Source: an uncultured Planctomycetaceae bacterium
GTDB taxonomy: Bacteria > Planctomycetota > Phycisphaerae > SM23-33
Reading direction: 5' to 3'
Assembly: GCA_964605095.1 (NCBI GenBank)
Contig: CAZSBS010000001.1
Span: forward strand, 4,790-68,789
Length of the DNA stretch: 64,000 bases
The notes under the pieces were generated by a model. The model was not told where the DNA came from. It did not search any database and was given only the letters and a program-made list of their open reading frames with translations. Shown here in pieces: positions 1-9,932 of this stretch; positions within the stretch are counted from its first letter, which is position 1, and every line of letters starts with the position of its first letter. The translations under genes were made by a program, and so were the position numbers.

Positions 1-1
1 G

Positions 2-1774
2 GCGGTCTTCTGCGGGGTTGGCGGCGTCGAGGCCCAGAGCGAGACCGTCTGGCGCCAGGCCGAACATTACCGTGTGCCGCGCCTGTGCTTCATCAACAAG
101 ATGGACCGGATCGGGGCGGACTTCGAGATGGTTGTCAGTAAGATTCGCGAGCGCCTGGCCGCCAACCCGATAGTGATGCAAATCCCTATGGGCAGCGGAG
201 ATGACTTCGTCGGCCAGATCGATCTGCTTGCCCGCAAGGCATATTTCTACGATCCGGCCGAGATCGCCACCACCCTGCGCGTCGAGTGCATTCCGGACGA
301 ATACGCCGACCACGCGGAACTCGCCCGCCACGACCTTATCGAGCAGGCCGCGGAGTACGACGACGACCTGATGGCCAAGTTCATCGAGGATAAGCCCGTC
401 GAGGCCGAGGATCTCCTGCGGGCGCTGCGGATCGGCACGATCCACAACAAGTGCCAGCCGGTCTTCTGCGGCTCGGCCCTGCGGCACATGGGCGTCCGCC
501 CGCTGCTTGACGCGGTGGTCCACCTGCTGCCCAGCCCGCTCGACGTGCCACCGGTTCAAGGCCACGCCTCCCTGACAAGCCAGGAGGCAATCACCCGCCG
601 TTGCGACCCGGAGGAGCCGTTCTCGGCCCTGGTCTTCAAGATCACCTCGGACCAGCACGGCGACCTGAGTTTCATCCGCGTTTACAGCGGCACGCTGCTG
701 CCGGGCACCCGTGTCCTCAACAGCACGCGGAACATCAAGGAGAACATCACCCGCCTGTGGGAGATGCATGCCAAGCAGCGCAACCGCCGTGACGACGCCA
801 AGGCGGGCGACATCGTGGCGGTAGTGGGGCTAAAGGGCTCATTGACGGGCGACACGCTGTGCGACACGCGGCACCAGATCGTGCTGGAGCGGCTGGAGTT
901 CCCGGAGCCGGTGATCACCATGTCCATCGAACCGCGGACCAACGCCGAGAAGCAGCGGATGGTCGACGCCCTCAACACGCTGCGGCGTGAGGATCCGACG
1001 TTCAAGTACAATTACAACCCCGAGACCGGCCAGACCACCATCAGTGGGATGGGTGAGTTGCACCTGGAGATTATTCACCATAAGTTGATGCGTGACATGG
1101 GCTTGGATGTCCGCGTCGGCAAGCCGTCGGTGGCGTACAAAGAGACCATTCGCGCAGCGGCCCAGGCGGAGGGGCGGTTCATCCACCAGACCGGCGGGCG
1201 AGGCCAGTTCGCCGTGGTCCAACTCCGGCTGGAGCCGTACACGCCGGCAGCCGGGACCGAGCCGATCATCTTCGAGGACAAGACCAAGGGCGGGGTGATC
1301 CCGCGTGAGTTTGTCGCAGCCGTAGCCGAGGGCGTCAACGACGCGGCGACTTCAGGCCCGCTGGCTGGCTACCCTATGCTGAACATCCGGGCGACGCTGC
1401 TGGACGGCGAGACGCATCCTGTTGACAGTTCTGCACTTGCGTTCCAGCAGGCGGCGGTGATGGCCTTTCGGGAAGCCAGCGAGCAGGCCCACCCGATTTT
1501 CCTGGAGCCGATCATGCTCTTGCAGGTGACGGTTCCGGATGAATATCTCGGCGCGGTTACGGGCGACCTGAACAGCCGGCGCGCCGCGATTCGGGAAATG
1601 GAACAGCGTGGTTCGTTCCGGGTTCTTTCAGCCGATGCGCCGCTGGCTGAGATGTTCGGCTACTCGACCCAGTTGCGGTCTTTGACGCAGGGTCGGGGCA
1701 CCAGCACGATGGAGCCGCGGACATACGCGGCCGTGCCGGCACAGGTTGCCGAGAGCATTTTGAAGTATTATTAG
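2..1774 (+). CDS. fusA: elongation factor G, 5'-truncated at window edge
   Basis: In-frame translation from pos 2 (AVFCGVGGVEAQSETVWRQAEHYRVPRLCFINKMDRIGADF...) continues the EF-G G-domain into domains II-V; stop at 1774; ORF track 74..1774 is the same frame. Confidence 0.93.
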   Translation, partial: AVFCGVGGVEAQSETVWRQAEHYRVPRLCFINKMDRIGADFEMVVSKIRERLAANPIVMQIPMGSGDDFVGQIDLLARKAYFYDPAEIATTLRVECIPDEYADHAELARHDLIEQAAEYDDDLMAKFIEDKPVEAEDLLRALRIGTIHNKCQPVFCGSALRHMGVRPLLDAVVHLLPSPLDVPPVQGHASLTSQEAITRRCDPEEPFSALVFKITSDQHGDLSFIRVYSGTLLPGTRVLNSTRNIKENITRLWEMHAKQRNRRDDAKAGDIVAVVGLKGSLTGDTLCDTRHQIVLERLEFPEPVITMSIEPRTNAEKQRMVDALNTLRREDPTFKYNYNPETGQTTISGMGELHLEIIHHKLMRDMGLDVRVGKPSVAYKETIRAAAQAEGRFIHQTGGRGQFAVVQLRLEPYTPAAGTEPIIFEDKTKGGVIPREFVAAVAEGVNDAATSGPLAGYPMLNIRATLLDGETHPVDSSALAFQQAAVMAFREASEQAHPIFLEPIMLLQVTVPDEYLGAVTGDLNSRRAAIREMEQRGSFRVLSADAPLAEMFGYSTQLRSLTQGRGTSTMEPRTYAAVPAQVAESILKYY

Positions 1775-1837
1775 TGCTCGAAGATGGGCTTTTTTGCCCA
1801 ACTTGCGGAAAAACTTAAGAAAATTCGGCACAGGTAA

Positions 1838-1865
1838 TTGACAGACCGCGAAAAAACCGTAGATT
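1838..1865 (+). promoter_or_regulatory. candidate sigma70-like promoter TTGACA-16nt-TAGATT upstream of rpsJ
   Basis: ttgaca at 1838-1843 and tagatt at 1860-1865 in the 150-bp fusA-rpsJ spacer, preceded by small hairpin tgggcttttttgccca (1785-1800). Confidence 0.3.
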
Positions 1866-1924
1866 AAGACGACTCGGCGCTATCGAGTGATGTTCCCGTT
1901 ATTATCGGACTGGAGTCTTTCTCC

Positions 1925-2233
1925 ATGACGCAGGACAAGATACGAATAAGAATGGAAGCCTACGATCACCGGGCTCTTGATTCCTCGGCGAAGGAGATAG
2001 TGGATCACGCCGAGCGGACGGGTGCCCGAGTTTGCGGGCCGATCCCACTGCCGACGCGGATCGAGCGGTACACGGTGCTTCGAAGCCCGTTCGTGGACAA
2101 GAAGTCCCGCGAGCAGTTCGAGATGCGGACGCACAAGCGGATCATTGACATTTACGAGCCGACCGTTCGGACCATCGAGGCGTTGAACCGCCTGATCGTC
2201 CCGGCCGGCGTGTTCATCAAGATCAAGGCCTAG
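1925..2233 (+). CDS. rpsJ: 30S ribosomal protein S10
   Basis: 102 aa, [19 protein letters not shown]... canonical S10; first gene of S10 operon order. Confidence 0.95.
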   Translation: MTQDKIRIRMEAYDHRALDSSAKEIVDHAERTGARVCGPIPLPTRIERYTVLRSPFVDKKSREQFEMRTHKRIIDIYEPTVRTIEALNRLIVPAGVFIKIKA

Positions 2234-2235
2234 GT

Positions 2236-2901
2236 GTGACCATGCAGCCTGCGATTCTGGGCAAAAAAATTGGCATGACGCAGGTCTACGACGACGGCGG
2301 GGTATTGCACCCCGTGACGGTCGTCCAGGCCGGCCCGTGCAGCGTCCTTCAGGTCAAGAGCGCCAAGACGGACGGATACGAGTCCGTCCAACTCGGCTTT
2401 GGGGACGTAAAGGCTCACCGTGCGACCAAGCCGCAGATCGGGCACGCCGCCAAGGCGAAGTCCGGCCCCAAGCAGTTCGTTCGGGAGGCTCGCCTGACAG
2501 TTCCGGCCGACGGGGTCGAGGCGGGCCAGAGCATCACAGTGGATGCCTTCGACGGCGTCGTTTTCGTGGACGTCATCGGCACGACCAAGGGTCGCGGCTT
2601 CCAGGGCGGCATGAAGCGTTACGGATTCAAGGGCCTCGGCGCCAGCCACGGCGTGGAGCGCAAGCACCGCAGCCCTGGCTCGATTTGCTCTCACGGCACC
2701 AACCGCGGCACTGGCGCGAAGGTTCGCAAGGGCAAGAGGATGGCTGGGCACATGGGAGCGGCCAGGCAGACCAGCCGAAACCATCGGCTCATCGGAGTTG
2801 ACAAGGAAAACAACCTTCTGTTGATCAAGGGCGCGTTGCCCGGCGCAAACGGCGGGTTCCTGTTCATTCGCAAGAGCAAGACGGCCAAGGCCGGCGCATA
2901 G
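2236..2901 (+). CDS. rplC: 50S ribosomal protein L3
   Basis: 221 aa, ...GKKIGMTQVYDDGG...; position after rpsJ. Confidence 0.95.
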   Translation: MTMQPAILGKKIGMTQVYDDGGVLHPVTVVQAGPCSVLQVKSAKTDGYESVQLGFGDVKAHRATKPQIGHAAKAKSGPKQFVREARLTVPADGVEAGQSITVDAFDGVVFVDVIGTTKGRGFQGGMKRYGFKGLGASHGVERKHRSPGSICSHGTNRGTGAKVRKGKRMAGHMGAARQTSRNHRLIGVDKENNLLLIKGALPGANGGFLFIRKSKTAKAGA

Positions 2902-2909
2902 TTCACGGG

Positions 2910-3545
2910 ATGGCAACAATGTTGGAAGTTCCAGTATACGACATCGAAGGCAAGCAGGTTGAGACGCTCCAGGTCGACGAGAACGACTTTGGCGGCTTCG
3001 TCAACGAGGACCTGCTCAAGCAGGCCATCGTGGCTTACCACGCCAACAAGCGGCAGGGATCGGCGTCCGGCCTGACTCGCGGCATGGTCGCGGGCTCGAC
3101 AGCCAAGGCCTTCAAGCAGAAGGGCACCGGCCGGGCCAGGCGAGGCGACATGCGGACGCCGCTCATTCGCGGCGGCGGCAACGCCTTTGCCAAGGCGCCT
3201 CGCGACTTCCGCAAGAAGCTGCCCCGCAAGATGCGCCGGCGGGCACTTCAGTCGGCGATCCTGGCCAAGATGCTCGGGCAGGACCTCATGGTCCTCAAGG
3301 GCCTGGCTGTCAGCGAGCCCAAGACCAAGACCCTCGTCGGAATCCTCAAGAACCTCAAGATCAACCGCTCCTGCCTTCTCGCCCTGGCCGATCGCGACCA
3401 CAACGTTCACCTCAGCTCACGGAACATCGCGGACCTCACCGTTCGCACGGCCGGCGAGCTCAACGCGTTCGACGTGGTCACCCGCCAGAAGATGATTGTC
3501 ACGAGCGAGGCCATGAGTGCCCTTTCGACTCGGGAGTCTGAGTGA
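2910..3545 (+). CDS. rplD: 50S ribosomal protein L4
   Basis: 211 aa; operon position; L4-like composition. Confidence 0.92.
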   Translation: MATMLEVPVYDIEGKQVETLQVDENDFGGFVNEDLLKQAIVAYHANKRQGSASGLTRGMVAGSTAKAFKQKGTGRARRGDMRTPLIRGGGNAFAKAPRDFRKKLPRKMRRRALQSAILAKMLGQDLMVLKGLAVSEPKTKTLVGILKNLKINRSCLLALADRDHNVHLSSRNIADLTVRTAGELNAFDVVTRQKMIVTSEAMSALSTRESE

Positions 3546-3835
3546 TGAAGAAGGACAAAACCTACACCGTGGTCATCAAGCCGCTGGTGACCGAGAAGGG
3601 CACCTTCCAGGCGACGGCGATGAACGCATATCCGTTCGAAGTGGCCACGTGGGCCAATAAGACCCAGATCAAGCTGGCAATAGAGCACATTTACAACGTG
3701 AAGGTCCTGTCAGTGCGGACGTCGTTTCGTCACGGCAAGCCGCGGCGGACCCGCACTAACCGCATGAGCGCGACCAAGCACTGGAAGAAGGCTGTTGTGG
3801 TTCTCCACGGGGAATACCACATCGACCTGTTCTAG
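3542..3835 (+). CDS. rplW: 50S ribosomal protein L23
   Basis: 97 aa; 4-bp overlap with rplD; L23-like. Confidence 0.92.
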   Translation: MMKKDKTYTVVIKPLVTEKGTFQATAMNAYPFEVATWANKTQIKLAIEHIYNVKVLSVRTSFRHGKPRRTRTNRMSATKHWKKAVVVLHGEYHIDLF

Positions 3836-3855
3836 CAAACCGCGGGACGAGCACG

Positions 3856-4710
3856 ATGGCAATAAAAACATACAAACCGACATCGGCAGGCCGGCGGAAC
3901 AGCACGGTCAACACGCACGAGGAAGTGACCACCACCACTCCCGAGAAGTCGCTGCTCCGCCCGCAGAAGAAGCACGGCGGGCGCAACTTCAGCGGCAAGA
4001 TCACCTGTCGGCACAAGGGCGGCGGCAACAAGCAGCACTACCGCCTGATCGACTTTAAGCGGACCAAGGATGCTCAGGCAGCGGAGGTCATGACGATCGA
4101 GTACGATCCCAACCGCACATGCCACATCGCCCTGGTCCGATACCCCGACGGCGAGAAGCGATACATCCTTGCCCCGCAGGGCCTTAAGGTCGGCAGCAAG
4201 CTCTATTCCGGCGACGACGGCGTCGAGCCGAGGCTGGGCAACTGCATGCCCCTGGCGAAGATCCCCGCCGGCTTGGAAGTACACAACATCGAGATGATTC
4301 CCGGCCAGGGCGGCAAGATGGTTCGCACGGCTGGGGCCGCGGCGCGCTTGGCGGCCAAGGATGCCGGGATGGCCCACCTGGTGCTGCCGTCTGGCGAGAC
4401 CCGCATGGTCAACGCCAAGTGCCGCGCGACGATCGGCCGCGTGGGCAACATGGAAAACCAGGGCGTTCGTGTTGGCAAGGCTGGGCGGAACCGTCACCGT
4501 GGCGTTCGGCCGTCGGTTCGCGGCTCCGCGATGAACCCGGTCGCACACCCGATGGGTGGCGGCGAGGGTCGGCGCAGCGGCGGGCGTCACCCGACCAGCC
4601 CGACGGGCAAGCTTTCCAAGGGCGGCAAGACGCGCAATCGCCGCAAGACTTCCAGCAGGCTTATCATGCGGCGCCGCAAAAATGGTCGCGGTTTGCAACT
4701 GGTTCTGTAA
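3856..4710 (+). CDS. rplB: 50S ribosomal protein L2
   Basis: 284 aa with conserved L2 C-terminal region (...[19 protein letters not shown]...). Confidence 0.95.
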   Translation: MAIKTYKPTSAGRRNSTVNTHEEVTTTTPEKSLLRPQKKHGGRNFSGKITCRHKGGGNKQHYRLIDFKRTKDAQAAEVMTIEYDPNRTCHIALVRYPDGEKRYILAPQGLKVGSKLYSGDDGVEPRLGNCMPLAKIPAGLEVHNIEMIPGQGGKMVRTAGAAARLAAKDAGMAHLVLPSGETRMVNAKCRATIGRVGNMENQGVRVGKAGRNRHRGVRPSVRGSAMNPVAHPMGGGEGRRSGGRHPTSPTGKLSKGGKTRNRRKTSSRLIMRRRKNGRGLQLVL

Positions 4711-4728
4711 CGCAGGAGCGAGCAGGCA

Positions 4729-5007
4729 ATGACTCGTAGCGCAAAAAAAGGTCCATACGTGGACGAGAAGCTTTACAAGAAGGTCCAACTGGCCGAGGAG
4801 CGTGGCCAGAGGGATCCGATCAAGACCTGGGCCAGGGCTTGCACGATTGTGCCGGAGTTTATCGGCCGAAACTTCCTGGTCCACAACGGCAAGATGTTCC
4901 ACAAGGTGTTCGTCACCGAGGACATGGTCGGGCACAAGCTTGGAGAGTTCAGCCCGACACGGATGTTCCGTGGCCACAGTGGCGGTCGAAGGGCCGCGGC
5001 CAAGTAA
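4729..5007 (+). CDS. rpsS: 30S ribosomal protein S19
   Basis: 92 aa, [15 protein letters not shown]... canonical S19. Confidence 0.95.
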   Translation: MTRSAKKGPYVDEKLYKKVQLAEERGQRDPIKTWARACTIVPEFIGRNFLVHNGKMFHKVFVTEDMVGHKLGEFSPTRMFRGHSGGRRAAAK

Positions 5008-5022
5008 GCTTAGGCGCCGCTC

Positions 5023-5379
5023 TTGCGAATGACAATGGAGCAAGCAATGGCTTGGAGAGCAATACATAAATACGCCCGCATCAGCCCCCGTAAGGTGCGG
5101 CTGGTTGCGGACCTGATTCGCGGACGTGGCGTTCAGGACGCCCTTAACCTCCTGAAGTTCAGCCCTAACAGGGCGGCGGTCATGGTCTCGAAGGTCCTGA
5201 CCAGCGCGATCGCCAACGCCAACGAGGCCGAGGCCAACGTGGAGGACCTGATCGTCGACCGGGCGTTCGTGGACGAGGGTCCGACGATCAAACGGTTTCA
5301 GCCCAAGGACCGTGGCAGGGCGAATCCGATCATGAAACGCACCAGCCACATTACCGTCGTGGTCGAGCAGGAAGAATAA
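5023..5379 (+). CDS. rplV: 50S ribosomal protein L22 (true start may be 5038 or 5047)
   Basis: 118 aa, ...[24 protein letters not shown]... L22 signature. Confidence 0.92.
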   Translation: MRMTMEQAMAWRAIHKYARISPRKVRLVADLIRGRGVQDALNLLKFSPNRAAVMVSKVLTSAIANANEAEANVEDLIVDRAFVDEGPTIKRFQPKDRGRANPIMKRTSHITVVVEQEE

Positions 5380-5407
5380 GCCGCTAGGCAAGCACAACGA
5401 GGCAGGT

Positions 5408-6244
5408 ATGGGTCAGAAAGTATCACCAATCGGATTCAGGACTGGCATAACGCTCGGCTGGAAGAGCCGCTGGTTCGCTCCCAAGAGCAACTTCGGCGAG
5501 TTCCTGGTCGAGGACGCCAAGATCCGAAAATTCGTGGACGCCAAGCTCAACCGCCAGCCGCCCTACGCGGCCGTCAGCGAGATCCAGATCGAGCGGACCC
5601 GCGAAGAAGTGAAGATCTTCCTGAAGACCGCCCGCCCTGGCTTGGTCATCGGCCCCAAGGGCGCGGAAGTGGACAAGCTTCGAGGTGCTCTGGAGAACCT
5701 GACCAACCGGCGCGTGAGCATCAACATCATCGAGATCAAGAACCCCGACCTCGACGCGCAGTTGGTGGCCGAGGGAATCGCCGAACAGCTCAAGCGGCGG
5801 ACCAGCTTCCGCCGGGCGATGAAGATGCGTGCCGAGACGACGATGCAGGCCGGCGCTCGCGGCGTGAAGATCACGGTTTCAGGCCGGCTCGGCGGGGCGG
5901 AGATGAGCCGCACCGAGACGCAGTTGACAGGTTCGATTCCGCTTCACACGCTGGACGCCGACGTTGACTACGGCTTTACGCCTTGCGTGACGACTTACGG
6001 CACTATCGGCGTGAAGGTGTGGATTTATCGCGGCAAGTTCGGTGAGGAGCCGCTGGTTGTCAAGCCGGAAGACCGGCCCGGCGGCGCTCGCGGGCGTCGT
6101 GGGCCGGGCCGAGGTTTCGGCGGTCCCGGTGGCCCCGGTGGCCGCGGCGGTGCCGGTGGTCGTCGTGGCCCAGGTGGGCCGAGGAGCGATCGGCCACAGG
6201 GCCAGGCAGGTGGCGCCCAGCCGGCGACCGGCTCCGAGGCGTAA
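5408..6244 (+). CDS. rpsC: 30S ribosomal protein S3 with ~58-aa Gly/Arg-rich C-terminal tail
   Basis: 278 aa, MGQKVSPIGFR...KH-domain region; tail RPGGARGRRGPGRGFGGPGGPGGRGGAGGRRGPGGPR. Confidence 0.94.
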   Translation: MGQKVSPIGFRTGITLGWKSRWFAPKSNFGEFLVEDAKIRKFVDAKLNRQPPYAAVSEIQIERTREEVKIFLKTARPGLVIGPKGAEVDKLRGALENLTNRRVSINIIEIKNPDLDAQLVAEGIAEQLKRRTSFRRAMKMRAETTMQAGARGVKITVSGRLGGAEMSRTETQLTGSIPLHTLDADVDYGFTPCVTTYGTIGVKVWIYRGKFGEEPLVVKPEDRPGGARGRRGPGRGFGGPGGPGGRGGAGGRRGPGGPRSDRPQGQAGGAQPATGSEA

Positions 6245-6292
6245 ACGGAAGATTCAGGCAATACGTTTCAGGTATAGATCACAGGTGCCATT

Positions 6293-6712
6293 ATGGCGTT
6301 GATGCCCAAAAGAATTAAGCATCGCAAGCAGATGCGAGGCAAGATCCGAGGCGAAGCGACTCGCGGCAACACGGTCGCCTTCGGGGACTTCGGGATTCAG
6401 ACGAAGGATCCGGGCTGGATTACCGGCCGGCAACTCGAGGCTGGGCGTGTCGCGGCGACTCACTACCTCCACCGTGAGGGCCGCGTGTACATTCGGGTTT
6501 TCCCGGACAAGCCCGTCAGCGCCAAGCCTCTGGAGACCCGCATGGGCAAGGGTAAGGGCGAGCCGGAGGCCTGGGTGGCGGTTGTAAAGCCAGGCACGGT
6601 CCTCTTCGAGGTAGGCGGCGTGGACGAGGTGACAGCCAAAGGCGCGCTTCGTAGGATTGCCGCGAAGATGCCCGTGCGTTGCCGAATGGCCTACCGTCGG
6701 CACGGTTTGTAA
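6293..6712 (+). CDS. rplP: 50S ribosomal protein L16
   Basis: 139 aa, M(A)[10 protein letters not shown]... canonical L16. Confidence 0.94.
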   Translation: MALMPKRIKHRKQMRGKIRGEATRGNTVAFGDFGIQTKDPGWITGRQLEAGRVAATHYLHREGRVYIRVFPDKPVSAKPLETRMGKGKGEPEAWVAVVKPGTVLFEVGGVDEVTAKGALRRIAAKMPVRCRMAYRRHGL

Positions 6713-6724
6713 GGAAACGCAGCG

Positions 6725-6931
6725 ATGAAGGTGAAAGATATTCGCCAGTTGAGCGACGAGGAACTTGGGATGGAACTGGAGCGTGTCCGTCGGCACCTGT
6801 TCGACGTTCGCACCCAGGCCGTCACCGAGAAACTGGAAGACCCCAGCATGCTTACCAAGGCCAGGAAAGACATTGCGATGATCCTGACGGTCATGCGTGA
6901 GCGGCAACTTTCGGCTGAGGCCAAGGGCTAA
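6725..6931 (+). CDS. rpmC: 50S ribosomal protein L29
   Basis: 68 aa; operon position after rplP. Confidence 0.9.
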   Translation: MKVKDIRQLSDEELGMELERVRRHLFDVRTQAVTEKLEDPSMLTKARKDIAMILTVMRERQLSAEAKG

Positions 6932-6940
6932 CGGGACAAA

Positions 6941-7246
6941 GTGATGGCAGAACAACAGAAACAAGCTGGCGCTCGCAGGCAGATCAAGACGGGAACCGTC
7001 ATGTCGGCCAAGGGCGAGAAGACAATTCTGGTGCAGATCAGCAGCATGGTTAAGCATCCGGTGTACGGCAAGTACATCAAGCAGCGGACGAAGCTTGCCG
7101 CTCACGACCCGCTCAACGACGCGAAGGTCGGCGACGTGGTGGACATCGGGCTTTGTCGGCGAATGAGCAAGACCAAGAGTTGGCGGTTGGTTCGGATCGT
7201 CCGTCGCGGCGATTCGCCCATGGCCACAGGCGTGAAAGAGGAATAG
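6941..7246 (+). CDS. rpsQ: 30S ribosomal protein S17 (short C-terminal extension)
   Basis: 101 aa, ...[30 protein letters not shown]... S17. Confidence 0.93.
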   Translation: MMAEQQKQAGARRQIKTGTVMSAKGEKTILVQISSMVKHPVYGKYIKQRTKLAAHDPLNDAKVGDVVDIGLCRRMSKTKSWRLVRIVRRGDSPMATGVKEE

Positions 7247-7250
7247 GACC

Positions 7251-7637
7251 GTGATCCAGCAGGAAACGCGAATGGCAGTGGCTGATAACACGGGCGCCCG
7301 GGTTGTCTACTGCATCAGGGTTCTGGGCGGCTCGACGCATCGCGGCAATTTCACGCGGCGTACGGCCTCGCTGGGCGACATCATCGTCTGCTCGGTCAAG
7401 AAAGCCCAGTCCGGCGGCGAGGTCAAGCCGGGCGACATCGTAAAGTGCGTCGTCGTGCGGACCACCACTGCGGTCCGGCGATCCGACGGAAGTTACGTGA
7501 AGTTCGACAACAACGCGGCCGTAATCATCGACGCCAACAACAACCCGCGTGGTACGCGGATTTTTGGAGCCGTCGCCCGCGAGTTGCGCGAGAAGAACTT
7601 CATGAAGATAGTTTCTCTTGCGGCCGAGGTGGTGTGA
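7251..7637 (+). CDS. rplN: 50S ribosomal protein L14
   Basis: 128 aa, [17 protein letters not shown]... canonical L14. Confidence 0.95.
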   Translation: MIQQETRMAVADNTGARVVYCIRVLGGSTHRGNFTRRTASLGDIIVCSVKKAQSGGEVKPGDIVKCVVVRTTTAVRRSDGSYVKFDNNAAVIIDANNNPRGTRIFGAVARELREKNFMKIVSLAAEVV

Positions 7638-7639
7638 GT

Positions 7640-7978
7640 ATGGCAATGCACGTTAAGAAAGGCGACACGGTGGTCGTGATCGCCGGTGACGACAGGGGCA
7701 AGACCGGCGAGATCATTCGTGTCGACGCCGCCAAGGGCAAGGTCCTGATCCAGGGCGTTAACCGGGTGTACCGTCACCTTCGCCCCAGCCGCCAGCACCC
7801 CCAGGGCGGCCGCATTCAGAAGGAGATGCCGATAAACATCTCGAATGTTCTGCCTCTGGACCCCAAGACGAACCAGGCGACGCGGGTGGGTTTCCGCACA
7901 GGTTCGGACGGCGCCAAGCAGCGCTACGCCAAGAAGAGCGGCGAGACGCTCGGGACCGTAAAGAAAGTAACAAGGTAA
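7640..7978 (+). CDS. rplX: 50S ribosomal protein L24
   Basis: ATG at 7640 immediately after rplN stop; MAMHVKKGDTVVVIAGDDRGKTGEII... (KOW motif); hidden in track inside longer ORF 7445..7978. Confidence 0.92.
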   Translation: MAMHVKKGDTVVVIAGDDRGKTGEIIRVDAAKGKVLIQGVNRVYRHLRPSRQHPQGGRIQKEMPINISNVLPLDPKTNQATRVGFRTGSDGAKQRYAKKSGETLGTVKKVTR

Positions 7979-7979
7979 G

Positions 7980-8534
7980 GTGCAGTCAATGCAGGCACGC
8001 CTTCACGAAAAGTACACTAAGGATGTGGCGCCGGGCCTGGTGTCGCGGTTTGGTTACACCAACCCGATGTCCGTGCCGAGGCTCGGCAAGATCGTGGTCT
8101 CGATGGGCATCGGCGACGCGCAGACGAACCAGGCTCGCCTGGAAATGGCCGTCAAGCACTTGGCCCAGATTACCGGCCAGCAGCCGGTGACGGTCAAGGC
8201 CAAGAAGTCCATCAGCAACTTCAAGCTTCGCGAGGGCTATCCTGTCGGCGTGAAGGTCACCCTGCGTGGCAAGCGGATGTGGGAGTTCCTGGACCGGCTG
8301 ATCAGCCTGGCCATTCCGCGTGTCAAGGACTTCCGCGGGCTCAACGCCTCGGGTTTCGACGGGCGTGGCAACTACAACATGGGCCTGGCTGAGCAGAGCG
8401 TCTTTCCGGAGATCGATACGGCAAGCCTGACCAGCACGCAGGGCATGAACATCGCCATGCAGACCACGGCCAGGACCGACGAAGAAGCGAGAGAACTGCT
8501 GAGCGGCCTGGGCATGCCGTTCCGCAAGAATTAA
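7980..8534 (+). CDS. rplE: 50S ribosomal protein L5
   Basis: 184 aa; L5-like; operon position. Confidence 0.93.
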   Translation: MQSMQARLHEKYTKDVAPGLVSRFGYTNPMSVPRLGKIVVSMGIGDAQTNQARLEMAVKHLAQITGQQPVTVKAKKSISNFKLREGYPVGVKVTLRGKRMWEFLDRLISLAIPRVKDFRGLNASGFDGRGNYNMGLAEQSVFPEIDTASLTSTQGMNIAMQTTARTDEEARELLSGLGMPFRKN

Positions 8535-8552
8535 ACAGAAGGTGCTTGAGGC

Positions 8553-8738
8553 ATGGCAACCAAAGCGCAAGTAGTAAAATCAAATAAGAAGCCGAAGTTC
8601 TCCACGAGGATCATCCGGCGCTGCCAGCTTTGCGGCCGGCCGCGAAGCGTTTACCAGAAGTTCCGCATTTGCCGCATCTGCCTGCGGACGCTGGCGAACG
8701 AAGGCAAGATCCCCGGGATGAGGAAGGCAAGCTGGTAA
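8553..8738 (+). CDS. rpsN: 30S ribosomal protein S14 type Z (zinc-ribbon form)
   Basis: 61 aa with CQLCGRP...CRIC two CxxC pairs. Confidence 0.93.
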   Translation: MATKAQVVKSNKKPKFSTRIIRRCQLCGRPRSVYQKFRICRICLRTLANEGKIPGMRKASW

Positions 8739-8755
8739 CGTAAGGAAGCTAGACT

Positions 8756-9154
8756 ATGAGTCTGTCCGACCCAATTGCCGACATGTTGACCCGAGTCCGC
8801 AATGCATACCGCGTGCGGCAGCAGGTGGTCAACATCCGGGCGTCGAAGATCTGCGAGGGCATCAGCCGGGTGCTCAAGGACGAAGGGTACATAGCCGACT
8901 ATGCCCGCGTCGAGGACGGCAAGCAGGGCATCCTGCGGGTGTACCTGAAGTACGGCCCTCGCGGCGAGAAGGTGATGGTCGAGCTCAATCGAGTCAGCAC
9001 TCCAGGCCGGCGGGTGTATTGCGACGTGGAGCGTCTGCCTCGCCCGCTTGGCGGGATGGGAATCTCGATTATCTCGACGTCAAGGGGCGTCATGAGCGAT
9101 CGGCAGTGCCGCCAGGAGAACGTCGGCGGCGAAGTCCTCTGTACCGTCTGCTAA
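8756..9154 (+). CDS. rpsH: 30S ribosomal protein S8
   Basis: 132 aa, MSLSDPIADMLTRVRNA... canonical S8. Confidence 0.95.
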   Translation: MSLSDPIADMLTRVRNAYRVRQQVVNIRASKICEGISRVLKDEGYIADYARVEDGKQGILRVYLKYGPRGEKVMVELNRVSTPGRRVYCDVERLPRPLGGMGISIISTSRGVMSDRQCRQENVGGEVLCTVC

Positions 9155-9309
9155 GCTGCATGCATCAGCGTGCAGCTAGAGCAGGAGAAAGTAGAGAGTG
9201 GAAACAGAAATCGAGCCCGCAATTGAGGCTGGAGCAGTTTCCTTGCGGTCTACTCTCTCCTCTGAGAACTGAAAAAGAGCGCGAAGGCGGCGTAAAGCGG
9301 AATATTGAT

Positions 9310-9891
9310 ATGTCACGCATAGGAAAACAACCTGTTTCCATCCCCGACGGCATAAAGGTCGCCATCAAGGACCGCTGTGTTTCCGTCGAGGGGCCCCTGG
9401 GAAAACTCCAGTGGACGCACCGGCCTGAAATCGAGGTCCAACTCAGCCCCGACGGCAAGAGCATCGTGGTCAGCCGCAAGAGCGAGGACCGGCTCAGCCG
9501 GAGCCTTCACGGCCTGACGCGCAGCCTGATCGCGAACATGGTTCTGGGCTGCAAGACGGGTTATCTAAAGGCGATGGAGATTTACGGCGTCGGCTACGGC
9601 GTTCAGTGCCAGGCCGGCAAGTTGACGTTGAACGTGGGCAAGAGCCATCCGGTGGTGTTCGATGTCCCGGCGGGCCTGACTGTGGAAGTGCAGACTCCGC
9701 AAGCCCGCGGAGAGACCGAGCCGGCACGGTTTACCGTCAAGGGCCCCGACAAGCAGGCCGTAGGCGAGTTGGCGGCCCGTGTCCGCAAAAGCCGTCCGCC
9801 GGAGCCTTACAAGGGCAAGGGCGTCCGGTATGCGGGCGAGTACATTCGTCGCAAGACTGGCAAGGCCTTTGCGGGTGCCGGCGGCGCCTGA
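9310..9891 (+). CDS. rplF: 50S ribosomal protein L6
   Basis: ATG at 9310; MSRIGKQPVSIPDGIKV... canonical L6 (193 aa); track shows it only as part of spurious 9019..9891 ORF. Confidence 0.92.
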   Translation: MSRIGKQPVSIPDGIKVAIKDRCVSVEGPLGKLQWTHRPEIEVQLSPDGKSIVVSRKSEDRLSRSLHGLTRSLIANMVLGCKTGYLKAMEIYGVGYGVQCQAGKLTLNVGKSHPVVFDVPAGLTVEVQTPQARGETEPARFTVKGPDKQAVGELAARVRKSRPPEPYKGKGVRYAGEYIRRKTGKAFAGAGGA

Positions 9892-9932
9892 TCCAGAGTA
9901 CGCCTGGTGGCGGTTTAGCAGGATCCAAGATC

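Noticed and set aside
3832-5397. 521-aa minus-strand ORF antisense to rplB-rpsS-rplV (and similar long antisense ORFs 6254..7291, 12908..14299, 16167..17084)
   Set aside because: Arg/Gly/Ala-rich GC-artifact composition, no RBS/start context, and the opposite strand encodes unmistakable ribosomal proteins
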